A model generated the notes under the pieces. That model did not search any database. It was given only the letters and a program-made list of their open reading frames with translations, and had not been told where the DNA came from. Below, piece by piece: positions 37,168-50,942 of a stretch of 64,000 nucleotides of DNA. A program made the translations under genes and the position numbers. The stretch spans positions 124,001 through 188,000 of the forward strand of contig JASANG010002570.1 of NCBI GenBank assembly GCA_030248215.1. Reading direction: 5' to 3'. Each line of letters starts with the position of its first letter. Position 1 is the first letter of the stretch. Source of the DNA: Enoplolaimus lenunculus (lineage: Eukaryota).

Positions 37168-40100
37168 ATGACCACAGCACCTCTTGCGTACCCGGACGAA
37201 ACACTTTGCTCAGATTCTTCGCATTCAACGTTGGAACTAAGAGACCGCGAGGAACTGGCGCAGATTTCTGCACAACAAACCAAAACCAGTCCTCATATGA
37301 TAGATTCAAAAAGATTCAACGAAACAGATTTTGCCCAAGGGCAACGTTTATATATGTCAAGATTAGGGGCTGATTTAAGAGTTCCTGATCGCAATTTTCG
37401 GTTTGGTCGTGACCGCTCGGATACTGAATTTATTTGCGCACCTCAAGAAAGTTTAACTGCCGGTGGAAATAATGATAGTAAATCGTATATGATTCAGTCT
37501 GCGATAACGGTTAAGTATACATTGTGCGGCCTGGGAAGCATAAGACCAGCTTGGCTACAGTATTTCGCAACGAAAGAGTGGATGCTGTTTTGGTTATGTT
37601 GGTTTTGTTTGGTTCAAGGTAAGTTTGATAGTAATTTGAACTTATTGTCAAGTGTTAGCGATATCCGGCGCAGTTTGCTGAAGTTCCCTTCGCCATATAT
37701 AACTTTTGACAGCCAATATTTTTTCCTATCTGAATGAAATCGGAAAGATTTTTGTCATCCGTGCATACATGCTGTACGGCGTAATTGTCCTCAGATATGA
37801 AATCCAGCTTTCTCAATTGATGGATAGGTTCTGAAACAGTAGTTAAGTACGACTACCTACATAGTTTGCTAGGCAATATTACTTAACCAATTCATTATTT
37901 TCAATAGGGTAATTAATTTAAGTAAAAACATAAGTCACTGACTAATTTTTGATGGGGTCTTGTCTTCATTCTTTCTTTCAGGTATGGTAGTCAACGGTCT
38001 TGTGCTATCAATTCTATCAACTATCGAACGTCGTTTTGATTTTGCCGAGTCCGCTCTGGGGCGCATTGTATCTATGTATGACATTGGTTACGTCCTCTGT
38101 TGTGTCCCTGTGAGCTATTTCGGTGGCCGTCATTCAAAACCGTTTTGCCTCGGTTTAGGTATCGCAATTATGGGCATTGGTTCGTTTTTGTTTTCGTTAC
38201 CTCATGCAATCTCGGACTCGTACGACTATTATCAAAGTGAACCTGATTATTCGCTTAGTTCATGCGGGCAACCGGGAGAATCTTTGTCTCAGCAACAGTC
38301 CACGTACCGCCCCATTCCACTAAATTATTCCTTGGTCCCTCGTGGCGTACCTGCAATGGAAGCAGAGCCACCTGCACTTGCAGTAAACGCTTGCTCAGCG
38401 AACGTTGTTCAAATGAGTACAATTTATTATTATACAAACTTTTCAATTTCGGCTCGGTTGCAATTTGAAATTTTATTTTGTATAGCTCATCTTTTGCACG
38501 GAATAGGAGCAACTCCACTGTTCACGCTTGGTGTGTCGTATATTGATGAAAACGTTAAGCCATCGCTGTCGTCGTTATATTTAGGTACGATAACACATCA
38601 TCTGCAGCCCTAACTCGTTTGTTAGAAAATACGTACAGACCTGCATTTATTTGTCTTTGGTTATATATTGCAAGTCATGGTTTGTCTAATCAGTTGCGTT
38701 TTGGTATTTAACGAAAAAACTTGTTGTTCGTTTACACCAACAAATTCACGTAAATACCTTTTCAGAGGATAATAAAGCATTATAATTAGTAAACGTATAA
38801 ACACGATGCTGCCGTCTGTTCAAATTCTTGACTGCGTGACCTGCCAGCGGTCTACTTACTCGTATTGCTCATGCTCATACATGGTACACTACTAGCTAAA
38901 ATACAGAAACCTGAGTTATGTGACACGCAAGGCAAATTCGATTATTAATACAATACACTATGTATTACTGATTTTAGCAATATTCTACTCAGTGGCAATT
39001 TTTGGTCCGGCCATTGGTTTTGGTTTATCTTCAACGTTTCTACGATACCACACAGACTGGTTGTATGAAAGTAACACCGAGTCTGGGTACGTTCCGTTCA
39101 GTATTATTTATAATTCGTCAGGAAATTGTTCACGCCAAGTTCGTTTTTGTTGTATGGCTTTGGAATCCTGGATAGCGTGCTATCTGTTGCAGAAAATGCT
39201 GAAACCGATTTAAATAAAAGGATTTTAAGGATTTCGGGGATAATATCTATCGATTATTTTTGTTGAGGCCAAGGAAGTGCTTTTTCTATTGAAATTTGAA
39301 ACATAGGGTTTGTACGAAGGAAGGGTTTAGAGTGGTGTTTTAGTCATAATGAGACTTTCTTAGCATGGAAATTGCTTAAGTTAAAAAGGGAAATCGCCGC
39401 AGTCGTGACCACTAACGAAATACCAGATGTTTTTTCTGGTTTCAGCTTGCCAGAAACAGAATCGGATCCGAACTGGATAGGCGCATGGTGGCCTGGGTTT
39501 GTGATATCCAGTGTTCTATCGTTTGCTGCCGTTCTTCCGATTATGAGTTACCCAAGAATATTGCCAGGTACTGCTTGATATGTCAGTTTATTTCGCAGCG
39601 CTCTGAATTTGTGCGTATGACCTTTTCCAAGAGTATCGGTGCATGCAAAAATAGTCTATAATCGAAGCCTACAAAACTGTTCATTTTAGCCAAATATTTA
39701 CCGGACTACAGTTTCTTATTCCAACGCACTATTATTTGGTGGTACGCGAAAATGTATGCACTTCAGCTATATAACTGATATGTGCAAAAAAGTGTCGGCA
39801 AACAATTGGCAGTGTTTTGCAGGATCAATGTATATTTTATATAGGCGCAGTCCAGTGGCTAAGCGATCGGCTTTTATCTACGCGAACAGATTTGTTTCGA
39901 TCGAGTTCGTTTTATAATACAAGCAGCGAAGACGCAGTTGAAAATTCGCCAGCAGTTGATAGATCATCCAGTGCAATAGCACAACCAACTGTCGCTGTAG
40001 AATCATCCAATCAAATTCAAGGATCTCAACGCAAAACCGAGCCAATGGGAAAGCTTTTTCAAGAAGTGGAAAAGGATGATGTCATAGATGATAGAAGTGA

Positions 40101-43100
40101 TAAATATGGTTGTTTGAACTAGTGACAGAATACTACCTAGCACCAGTTTATTATAGGCCTTATAACCTTATAGCGAGACTCCTTTTTTGCTGAGGGTTGC
40201 TTGTTTTTGGCTTTGTTGCATATCCTAACTTAAATAAGTTCTAATACACCCAGTATACAATAACAGGATTTAAGGCTGCATCTTGCTAAAGAGCGCTGCG
40301 CTTATGTGAGTTACTAGTCTGTAAAGATTTGCTGCCCACTGTCTGCTACTTCGAATTCGTATCTTTAAGGAATAGGAATGGTACGTGTTTCAATACCGGT
40401 GCTCTTGCAAACTTCCGATCGTCATCCCGATGCCGAGTTAATCGGCGCATCCAAAATTATTTGTATGATTTCAAATTTGCAGATGCCAGTCCGTCATACA
40501 GACCTGGATTGCGTTCGACAAACCGTGATGGATCAAACGCGTATGATTCAATGATTACTGCTTCCGAAGGTGTAACCGTATTTCAACGAATGTCTCCTGA
40601 AGACCAACCAAATTTAGACACGCCGCCTAACCGGCCTCCCACTATTTATCTTGGTCCACAAGGAGCGAAAACGACGACAACAACGTGTGTCAGTGGATTT
40701 GCGCATAATGTTGGCCGCGATTTTACGCATATTCCGTTGGCGACCAAAAAGTTGCTCACCAATCGATGTTATATGTTTTTGAATTTAGCGGCGGCGGTGG
40801 ATGGTAATTCATTGTTTTTGTGTCAGGCGACTTATATATCCGAGCCAGAGGATTTTGCTACAGTAGGTATTTTAAGTATCGTAACGGTTGGTATCAGGAT
40901 TTAACCTTAATGGCAAGTTATACCAAACCTGAAAAGCGGCGTTGCTAAATAATCGATGTTATATGGTTTGAATTTGGTTGTTAACGGTGAACCATTATTA
41001 CTAGAAAAAGATTTGGAACAACATAGTTGGTGTAACGTATGTCGTAAGACTCAGAGAAATTTAGCTAAATTTGGTGTTTTGAGACTTGTATGAGTATATT
41101 TATATTTATAATGGTTTTAGTTAGAATAAAACGTGAATACGCGTGATTTACAGTTATAATTTAAGTCTGACAGCAAATTAATGCTGTGTTGCCGGCACTG
41201 TAACATGCAATAGAGTATATTAGCGTATGTAAGGGTTTATGCTTTGCTGTCAATACGTTAACAGCCATCATTGAAAATAACACGTGTCTATAACTAGATA
41301 AGTTAAGTGAACATTTTATCGCATCGTTTTTGTTTTAAGGAATTATGGTGACAGGTTACTCGGCGTTTATGGCAAAATATCTCGAGTTCCAGTTCAGTTT
41401 GAAAACAACCAAAGCGAATTTGATTATCGGTAAGCGGAAGTGAAATTGGATTGGATTGGCACTGGTTATTGTTTAAGATTAGTTGATTATAGCTATAATT
41501 CGAAATGAGGTAGGATTGTATTGAATGAAAAGCAGCTACATACACAGCTATGGATTGTGACGTTAGAGGCGGTAAAATGCTGGATGACAGCAGCCTTGAA
41601 AACCCCGGAAATATAAGGCGAAACCTGTATATAGTTGCTGGTGTTTTAGGACTAATTATGGTGCCGGCAGCGGGCATTGGAACGCTTGCCAGCGGTTATA
41701 TTGTCAAGCAATTTGGCTCAAACGTTGGAAAGATCTTGAAATACTGTATTTCGGTTTGTTTGTTCTCATTGATCTTGTCGCCGATGTTTTTGGTCTACTG
41801 TGACACAATTCCTTTGCTTGGAATACAAGCATTTTACCCGCAGTCGCAAAAATTTACTTTCAAGTAAGCTTTCTGGAAAGTGATATATGCTTCCTTTTGT
41901 TACTAAACATTAATTTTGCAGCTACATCGCCTATAACCACTGCTATACGTTTTGCTACGAAAATTGAACCTGGTACCCCCATCCGTATTTGGAGAGGGAG
42001 TATTAACGAATGGCGTGAGTGTATCTGCTTTGTAGTCACTCAGCCTTAATTAGGCTTTTTAAGATGTAGTATAATTGAATAAAATTATAAAAGTTAAACT
42101 CTTTTCAACTCTTAGGTTTTCGTTTGGTTTCGTGCCAGTATTCGAAAAAGTGCCTAGAACTCATAGTTAATAATTACAAAGAGGATTTTACTGCCAACCT
42201 TGTGGCTACGTCAGGAATTGAATTTATTTTGGCCATAATGATGGGCGGCGCGGAACGTCCACGGTAAGTGGGATCTATTCTAAACGTGTATTCTTTTAAT
42301 TTTAGTAACAACAACGAAAATCTAAACAATGATTACAATAACAATAGCGATTTTGCTCAACTGCCAACGTTGTACGGAGCTGCGTGTCATTCTCACTGTT
42401 TTTGCTCAGAAAATCTATTTCATCCGATGTGTGGACGTGTCGACGGAGAAAAATACACTTTTTATTCGCCGTGTTATGCTGGATGCCCTGTTAGCTATGA
42501 TCTTGGCATTACAGTATGTTTGAATATTTGAAATTTTAGGGTTTCGATTTAACAGCCAGCTTAATTCCGATTCCATTGATTTAGAATAGATGAAGGTGCG
42601 GTAGCTCCAGTTGGATTGGCAAAATATTGTTGGATGGTAACAAGTTTAAATATCAACGAATTGGGGGGTGGCGTTCTGTGTTTTGATCATTCTAATGCAG
42701 TCTTGCAGCGCACGCAAGTTGCCTCATGGCACCGATATGACTATTTGTAAACACTGGACGGCACTGCACCACAACTATTGTTGGCCTGGTTAAATGTGTT
42801 CTGTGAAACCTCATTATACAAAAGCTAAACATTTATACTTATAGATTGAGAGCAAAAAATTCATATTTAGGCCTTTGTAAGGTTAAATTGTAATTTTAAC
42901 CTGTATCTTATGCTAATTAATTGGTACTTATTTGAATCATTGTAACGGAAATGTGTGTTAGTTCAGTTTTATGTGTCGTCCTCGATAATTTTGCGGCATT
43001 TCAGGCGTACAGTAATTGTTCGTGTACAGATGAAGGACGAGTTGATCGTGGATGGTGTGAAAGTCAATGCCCGAATTTGGTCATATTTCTCATATTGTTT

Positions 43101-44203
43101 GCACCGATGTGTATGTTTACGTTTTCGCTTGGAGTTCCGGCAATTTCAGTGATACTTAGGTAATTTAAAGCTGAATCGTAGCAGTAAATTTATGCCTGAA
43201 CGGAACTAGAGATTCTGTGAGTATATGGGCAGTTTGTGTTAAAAAGTATAAGGGACTAGCTACGTATTTACTAGATGTTATACCAGCTAGTAACTTGAAT
43301 ATCACGAGAATATGTGATGTTGCTGTGTGTTCAACTTACGTACCGCTTCCGTTATTTTAAGATGTGTACAATTTCAGCACAATTATTTGTTTTCTTTTTG
43401 AGATGCGTGGATTACAATGAGCGGTCATTTGCGCTCGGTATACAGTGGATTATGATTCGATGTTTTGGTAAGAAAATGGTATTTTGCGGGCTGTTATACG
43501 TGCAGTTAGAGACATGTTTGAGTTATGTACCCTAGATTGAATATTTTACTATGGGATTGCGAGCAGTTCACATTGTGTTTGCGGGGCGATTGCGTTAAGA
43601 TATCGCTCAGTTTAGAAAGCAATCACATTTACACATAGTTCTATCTATAACAGTGTTACGTACTCGAGTTCTAATAAAGATGCAGTCTTCATTTTTGCAA
43701 GTATTCTCAAAATATTATGTTTGTTTGTTTGTTGCGAAAAATTACAGCTGTATATTATAAATCTTTCAGCTGCAGGTATTCGCTGCATAAAGTTGTACAT
43801 GCAAGTTGCTGCTGTAAGCATTCGATTTAAGAACTTGCACTTGCGAATTACACACGTGAGTTCTCTTTACAAAAACTTGCAAATGCTAATGCGGTTTTAC
43901 TTATTGTTTGTGGTTTCAGGAACAATTCCGGCGCCAGCGTTATTTAGTTGGTTGTTTGATTTGTCATGTCTAAAACGGCATCAAGATCGTTGCACTGATG
44001 AGTTGGGCAAATGCTATGCGTACGACTCGAAAACCCTGTCAAATCTGTTTCTCCTCCTTGGCATTGTTTGTCAAAGTGTAACGCTTGCATTTTTTGTTCT
44101 TGCGGCATTTACGTTCGAACAAAGCGCTGTATCTACGACGGCAACATCAAAAGATAAAGATCTCGGCGATTGTGATGAATGGATTTGTGCTAGAAATACA
44201 TAG
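37168..44203 (+). CDS. Organic anion transporting polypeptide (OATP/SLCO, SLCO4-like), 12 coding exons
   Basis: Exons 37168-37618, 37982-38584, 38978-39086, 39446-39567, 39845-40108, 40483-40803, 41340-41429, 41650-41863, 42306-42513, 43005-43159, 43403-43467 and 43920-44203. Motifs QGMVVNG, IERRF, LGVSYIDEN, DPNWIGAWWPGF, Kazal-like C..CFC...PMCG..YSPCYAGC and ERSFALGIQW. The exon 5 donor is the least certain. Confidence 0.93.
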
Positions 44204-45434
44204 CTAATAATATCACGGGTACGTATTTCAATATTACATAGCTATGGTTAGTGATAGAATTAAGTGCAATCGCGATTGTTTCCTAAACCGCAGATTGCTT
44301 CTAAACGCGATTCGACGCGCTCGCTATTACGGTTCTGTAACGGCGAAGTATTATGATCGCTATTTAAAGCACGACTGCAATCGTGTCTGTAGACGCATCT
44401 GGTTGCGATTTGAGAACAGTTAAACGCGATTATTAGACCGCGAAGGCTGACGTACTGGATGTTATCACGATTACTAAACACTTGATTCTTTCTATGACTG
44501 TAGTCAGCTTTTCCGTTATATTGAATGCAAACATGTCTAGCAAGATGCGACGTTATATATCTGAGTTGAAATCGTTTATATTATCTTGGGGTTTCCAGGA
44601 ATGCTGACGAGAGGAGAGGAGAGGCAAACCGTCCACTGCTTGATGAAAACGTAGGCGAAACTGGAAACAGGAAGTGGGGCGGACAATTTAATTTTTGCAT
44701 CATAAAGTTCATGTTTCTGCTTTTTGAGCCATCGCTGTGAGACGGTCACTCACCACGCATATGGAGGAACTAAATAATAACCAGGATTAATTTTTGATAG
44801 TTTGCAGAAGCCTGATTTAAGTCGAATTTCAACTTAAGTCAGGATGTTACAATGGCCTTGTTGCTTTGGCTTATGTTAATTCGTGGTGTGTGACGTCTGT
44901 GTTAATCCTAAGCTACTAGTGGTAACTTTGCAATGCGGCTGTTGACACATCCAGGGCGAATTTGGCTGCATGTTTCAACCGGATATCGTCGCATCCGGCT
45001 ACGGTATGTCTGGTATCCGGTCATATCTTGATATCTAATGAATACTCTAATATTTTAGATTTACTATTTTTGTTAGTGTTCTCGTTTTGCTCAATTTGGT
45101 GATCACAATGAGGGTTGTGTAATATTTTTTGATGGCGGTCGGTGCTGTCTGTAGCCGGACAGTGCCACACACCACATTGTAATACCGTTTTCTCGCGTGG
45201 GACCCCGGCCTGCGTGTCAGATTTTGGATTACAAGTCTAAAACTTTAGCCAATTTGGTGGAAACGGCAAAATTTTAGCGGTTGCAAATTTTGCAGCCTAA
45301 CGTTGAATCTATTTACAATTCTGTGGAAGTCCCGAATATATTTTAGTCAATCCAATTTTTTAACGCTCACGGTTAAAGAATCAGCCAAAAATTAAACACT
45401 GTAGTAGTTTGTTTGGTGGCTGATAGAGTATTAA

Positions 45435-45705
45435 CACCTTCTCACATTGAGTTGCCTCTAGGCAACTCAGCGCAGTGTATATACGTTAAATAGTATATAT
45501 TGCGCCGTGTTTAACAATTGCAACACGTATACATAGTACTAAATCACCACAAGACGTGAGAGCCCCCTCGGGCTCGAGCGTCAAGCTCCTAGCTCCTATA
45601 GCTGAGTGGTGATGGTATACGCCTCCCACTCCAGTCACTGGAGTTCCAATCCTAGCATAAAAGTAGGTCTCATGGGAAATAGAAAACATTCATGTGAAAA
45701 AAGGG
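45435..45705 (+). mobile_element. piggyBac-like MITE (TTAA TSD) containing a tRNA-like A/B-box cassette
   Basis: TTAA at 45431-45434 and 45706-45709; TIR C.CCTTCTCACAT / ATGTGAAAAAAGGG; internal hairpin TGAGTTGCCT..AGGCAACTCA; TAGCTGAGTGG and GAGTTCCAATCC boxes. Confidence 0.75.
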
Positions 45706-47145
45706 TTAAAGGTAGTAACAAATTGTCATTTGATTTCCATAAGTTGTGTAGCCCGTTTACAGAATAGTGCAAGTTTGGTTTGTTTTTTTTTATTTGTCTT
45801 GTATATATCTATGTATGCTTGCTATTGCAAAAAATCTCAATTTGAAGTATTGTTCATTAGCGTAATTTGTTTCTGATATCTATTAACGTATACAGCTTTA
45901 TAATGTTGCTTTATTGTTTACAACATTTGCTGATGACTTTTTGTCAACCGTATATGCAACTAAGCACGTTCTGTAGATTGAAAATATGTTCTCAAAGCGC
46001 GGTAGGTTCAAATTTTATTCTACGTCCCGTTATGACGACCAGTGGCCGCTAGTTGAAAGTTCAAATACCGAGCATATTTGTATTCGTTTAATCTTAGTGT
46101 TTTATTGGATAAGTCATGCTCTTGTCAAATGAATCCAATGAAAGCATCGGTTGTATGGTGCCACGAAAGTTTCGATAAGTTCTATATTATTCTTGTCTGA
46201 ATTGTCATCAACTTTTACAATTAAATGATGTAATTCAAGGTAAGATTGCGTTGTCATCTTCATGCGGTACTGTCCTTTGCGTTGATAGCGAATCTTTTAT
46301 TCTTTGCTTCATGTTTAATATCTATAATAAATGTTGTGTTGTTATTGTTCGAATTTTAATTTGTATTAAAATTAAGTATATGCTGCGCTTTAATGTGATG
46401 GTATTCTGAGCTGATAGCAGGACAGACCCCATTAGCTGATTTTTTGTTGGAGGGTGAGTGACTACGAATTTGACGTTGTCGTTTTGTAATTGTTGCTGAG
46501 AAGCTTTGATGAACTAGTTTGAACTAGATATTGTTTTCCAGCAGGGTGCAAGTGGACGTGTTAACTCTGACTCGTGTAGATACATTTTGGGGGTCAATGT
46601 TAAGGCGCATAACAGTAGATTCGCCCCTTAAAAGTATATAATTCAGTGTCATATAGAAAACAAATATTGCCACCCTTACCTATTACAAAAATTGAAATTT
46701 TAAATTTAATTGTAAACCGTCAGGGGAGGTTATGAGTTGCCATTCGGCATTATGTTCTGATATATTTTAGACTAGAGCGGGTTCCGATATAGGCTACGGC
46801 GGATCCTGACGATTTGGACCAATATTACATTTTTAGCAATGTAACAACGAAAACATAATCCCAAGTTTAAGCTTCCTTAGCGTAGTAAACACAAGCTTAA
46901 AGCAACATTTTAGCCTAAGCAAAGCAAAAATAGTCTAAAATTTAAGCCTACTCTATTACAAAGCGGGCACTAGTGGAATCTGATGGTGCGGGAAGGCGTA
47001 CGCCCGTGAGAAGGTTTTTGTAAATAATAATAAGGTCCGTATTATACCTTGCAATTTTACCCCGTCAGAAAAGTTTCCGGTGAAAAATTGCTGTTCAAAA
47101 CATTTTAACCAGCCCGACGGGTTGATGTTTGTACGAAATACCATA

Positions 47146-47589
47146 CTGTATTGACCCGAATAAGAGGGGGAGGGGTAATAAGAGGGGGTCCCCATTTTGA
47201 GTACCAATCAATAGGAGTTCGTATTCCTGATAAGAGTCCGTAATCGGATAGAGTCCCCAAACTCTAATTAGACTCCATAAATGTCAATTATCCCTAATTG
47301 TAGCGCATAAAGGACTCCAGGCTCAAATAATTTGAGTTCGAAACTTTAAAGCGTATATACTTAAGCCTAAGCCTAAGCCAAATTGTGAAAGTACATTCCT
47401 AAGTATAGCCTTGCATTATCGCTCTAAACGTTTAATTCAACGGACAGTTGCAGTACAGAATATATCAGTAACGAACAACGGCGGAGGGCGGGTTAAAAAT
47501 AAATAACGGTCCATCACCGAATAACAAGGGGGTTCCCTCTGGAGAGGCCAAATAAATGTCAGTCCCCCCTCTTATTCGGGTCACTACAG
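47146..47589. mobile_element. Full-length Tc2/pogo-like (Tc1/mariner group) MITE
   Basis: ta-CTGTATTGACCCGAATAAGAGGGG...CCCCTCTTATTCGGGTCACTACAG-ta, giving a TA TSD. Confidence 0.8.
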
Positions 47590-48372
47590 TAAGTATATTT
47601 CAATGGGGATCTTTCTTCGTAAAACGACAAATGTATATATAGTTCGAGGGAACTGTGACATTCGATAGAAGCTCTGTTCAGTGTTTTCAATCAGACAGAG
47701 TCAAACCAAGAAAACTCAATTTCAGGTGGCCAACGCAAGTATTTATTAGTCAAAACACTCTTCTCAACCGAATACCCAGCACTATTGAAGCTTTGTGTAA
47801 TAAATAACTATTTTTAAAATTGTATGTTTTACGCTCTCATAACACACAGCATGTAGATCAGGCCACTTTCTTTAGAGCAACATGTTAAAAGAAGTCCTTA
47901 AGAAACTAAAATTGACCCAAAAACGCAAAATCGAGGTTCGGATATCTAAAGTAGAAAATTTAATTTCGGATATCCGGATATATCCAGATATCCGGATAAA
48001 TATCCGGCAAGAATTGCCGCATATCCGGAAATGAAAAAATATTCGATGCCTATCGCTAAAAACTGGTGATTTTAAAGTCGCCAAATCCGATGTCGGGTTC
48101 AGAGGGTGTAACCGGACATAGGCTTCTGGCAAAGAATTTTCGTTGTAGAAATTGTTTTATGTTTGTTTTCACCGTTCCGTTGATGTATTTTGATCGCTAT
48201 CTGTTTCCGTTATTTTTACTCTCTGTTTGCATTTCAACGACCTGCTTGTGCTTTCCCACCGGCGCCGGCAAATTTCGAAGACCTTCGGCTCTGGTAATTT
48301 CACCCACTGTTGATACACACTGTACTACTCTTACGGAATCACGAGAAAAGGTGACTTCGAGTCTATTCAATT

Positions 48373-48723
48373 CAGGGTGCAACCGGAGCTGAAAAATACC
48401 GGAGCCGGAAGTCAACGCAACTTGCCGGAGCCGGAGGTGAGGCGAAATTTGGTAGTCAAAATGACGATTAATTAGTTAATTTTAGCCAATATCTATGCAA
48501 TATGTTATTAAGTTGTTTGGGTTTTACGCTAATTTTCTGCGAAATTTCGGAAATTCTTTCTTGAAAATACTGACAAAAGTAAAACGCAACGTGCTAAACA
48601 GATAAATTTTGGAAAATTATGCAAAATTTACTACCGAAATTGCCGAAACCTCCGGCAAAAATTCTACCCGAGCCGGAGGCCGATTTTCTGCCGGAGCCGG
48701 AGGCAGATTCCGGTTGTACCCTG
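48373..48723. mobile_element. hAT-like CCGGAG MITE
   Basis: Ends CAGGGTGCAACCGGA and TCCGGTTGTACCCTG. Confidence 0.85.
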
Positions 48724-49284
48724 CTATTCATCGCAACAAATTCGGTATTAAATATTTACTGGCTCATGTTAACTATAGGGTCCTTCTCATTCGGAGTGTA
48801 TGCACCAGTCACCCACTGGACAGACCTCCATAGAACCGCTAAAAACAACGCTCAACTAAAGTTTGTTTGTTCGAAACCTCAGTTTTCGACCAACCAAAAA
48901 CGTTTCTTAATTCAACTATACGATGTCAACCAAAGTCGTGTAGGCTACGAAATAACCTAAAGATTTGTCTTGTGAAAGTTATGTTGTTTTGAAGCTTTTT
49001 TTCGCCTAATGAAATTTAAATCTAAAATTGTTTTTAGGTTCGCTGTTCGCTAAAATATAATTACGTAAAAACAACTCAATTTTGCTTTACTAAACCAAAT
49101 CTTGGTTGCGTTTGTTATTTCTGTTAAACCACGGGTGGAATCTGGGAGGTGACTTCGATTTCACCCCATTAAAATGTTTTAACTTTTTTATTTGAATTAA
49201 ATATATGTTTAGCTGAACAGAAATTGGTTTAGGTATATGCAAACTTTAAGCATGGACAATTGGTACGGCTCCGTCCCATTAGCG

Positions 49285-49463
49285 AGCCCATGTACAGAAC
49301 TGGGTCGGAACAGTAGTATAAGCATATTCCTAAGCCTAAGCGTATGGATGAGCCTATTCCTAAGCCTAAGCCTAAGTCGAAGCAAAAAAAATTAGTCTAA
49401 AGCTTAAACTGAATCTATTATAGCCCCTCCGGAAAACGATCGGCCCTGTTCTATACATGGGCC
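49285..49463. mobile_element. Merlin-like TTAGGC-carrying MITE (A1)
   Basis: TIRs present; imperfect TSD cattagcg/catgagca. Confidence 0.8.
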
Positions 49464-49865
49464 CATGAGCATATACAAGGAGTGGAGGTTTATACGCAGT
49501 GGAAAACGTGCAGAAATCAAAGTTATTTCTCGCTCGCTGCGCTTGCTTGCAACAACTGTTTAAAACGAAACTTTATCTTCTCCTGAGATAGCAAAATTTT
49601 GAACGTACCCTTTGTTAATAAATATTCTAAATTCATAGCCTTAGGTTATGATCAATAGTTGGTTGCTTTGTGCTGTCTTATTAAGAAAGTTTGTTGTATT
49701 TAAGCAAAACAAGCAAATATATATTTCTTATAGATATTTGCTATTGCAATATATTTTATATTTAGATATATATTAGTTAGGTAAAAGGTTAGAGTTAAGT
49801 ATATACGAAAGTTTTTTCTAAAAACTTAGCCTGAGCTTGTTGGGAGGCTGTACAAGAGCCCCAAG

Positions 49866-50295
49866 TAGGGTGCAACCGGAATTCCGGGTTCTGTAGGGAA
49901 ATCCGGTATTTTTCACTATCCGGTTCCAGTAAAAAAATCCGGTATTTTTCACCTGGAATTTTCCGGTATTTTCGGCATTGAAAATGTTTTCTCATTCCAA
50001 AATTTAAGAAAAATTGACATATTATTGTAACTTATTCTTCTAAAATTGTCTGAGTGTGCATTTTTGTGTTATACTTCAGAATTGATCATACGTTTCCAGC
50101 TACTGCATTTGTTTCACGATTTAGGCATTCTAAATGGAATGGTGTGTTTACATCGTTAAAAGCGATAAAATACCGTTAAAAGCGGTAAAATAGCGTTAAA
50201 AATTAATTTTTCGGTAACAAAAATTTTTTGTTTTCCGGTTCCGGAATTTTTTTAACTATCCGGTTCCGGTATTTTATAATTCCGGTTGCACCCTG
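49866..50295. mobile_element. hAT-like MITE, second subfamily (related copy ~20917-21315)
   Basis: TAGGGTGCAACCGGAATT...AATTCCGGTTGCACCCTG; TSD gccccaag/gtcccaag. Confidence 0.8.
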
Positions 50296-50661
50296 GTCCC
50301 AAGGTATCTTATTTACATGATTATACTTGTTTGCGTTAAATCTATCAAAAAGTTGTCTGTTATGCACCAACAAATTGGATCTATTAAGATCTAGGCTAAG
50401 GCCACTTTCACGGTTGTTATAGTAAACAAATATTCGGAAGCAAACGAACCAGAAACCAAACGCAATTTTAGTGCTAAGCTGCATTGCGTAATTTTGGTTC
50501 CTGATTTCTGTGCTGCCATAGTCTGGGTACCCCCCCCCATTTTGGATCCCCGGTGCCAGTTGCATACTTTTGCCTAAAGACTATCATCCCCACGTAGTAT
50601 TAAATATCGAAACCAAGTTATAATCAGGGGCGAGTACAAGGAGGGGTATGAATATAGTTCC

Positions 50662-50942
50662 GGCCCATGTATAAAGCAGGACCGGAACCTTTTCCGGTGG
50701 TGCTGTAATAGAATCAGGTTATGCATTAGACTAACTTGTTTGCTTAGGTTTAGGTTTATGCTTAGGCTTAGGCTTAGGACTAGGCTCATCCTTACTCTTA
50801 GGCTTAGGTTTAAGCTTAGGCTTAGGCTTAGGAATAAGCTCACCCGTACGCTTAGGCTTAGACTTAGACTTAGGCTTAGGCTTAGGCTTAGGCTCAGGAA
50901 TATACTTAAGCTACTGTTCCGGCCCTGTTCTATACATGGACC
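50662..50942. mobile_element. Merlin-like MITE with long (TTAGGC)n tracts
   Basis: Ends GGCCCATGTATAAAGCAGGACCGG and CCGGCCCTGTTCTATACATGGACC. Confidence 0.85.

Noticed and set aside
44591..44668. Hammerhead ribozyme (CTGACGA...CGAAA with GTTTCCAG/CTGGAAAC pairing)
   Set aside because: There is no NUH cleavage triplet (it reads GGA), no room for stem I and no convincing stem II. The CTGATGAG..CGAAA near 25099 also lacks stem II.
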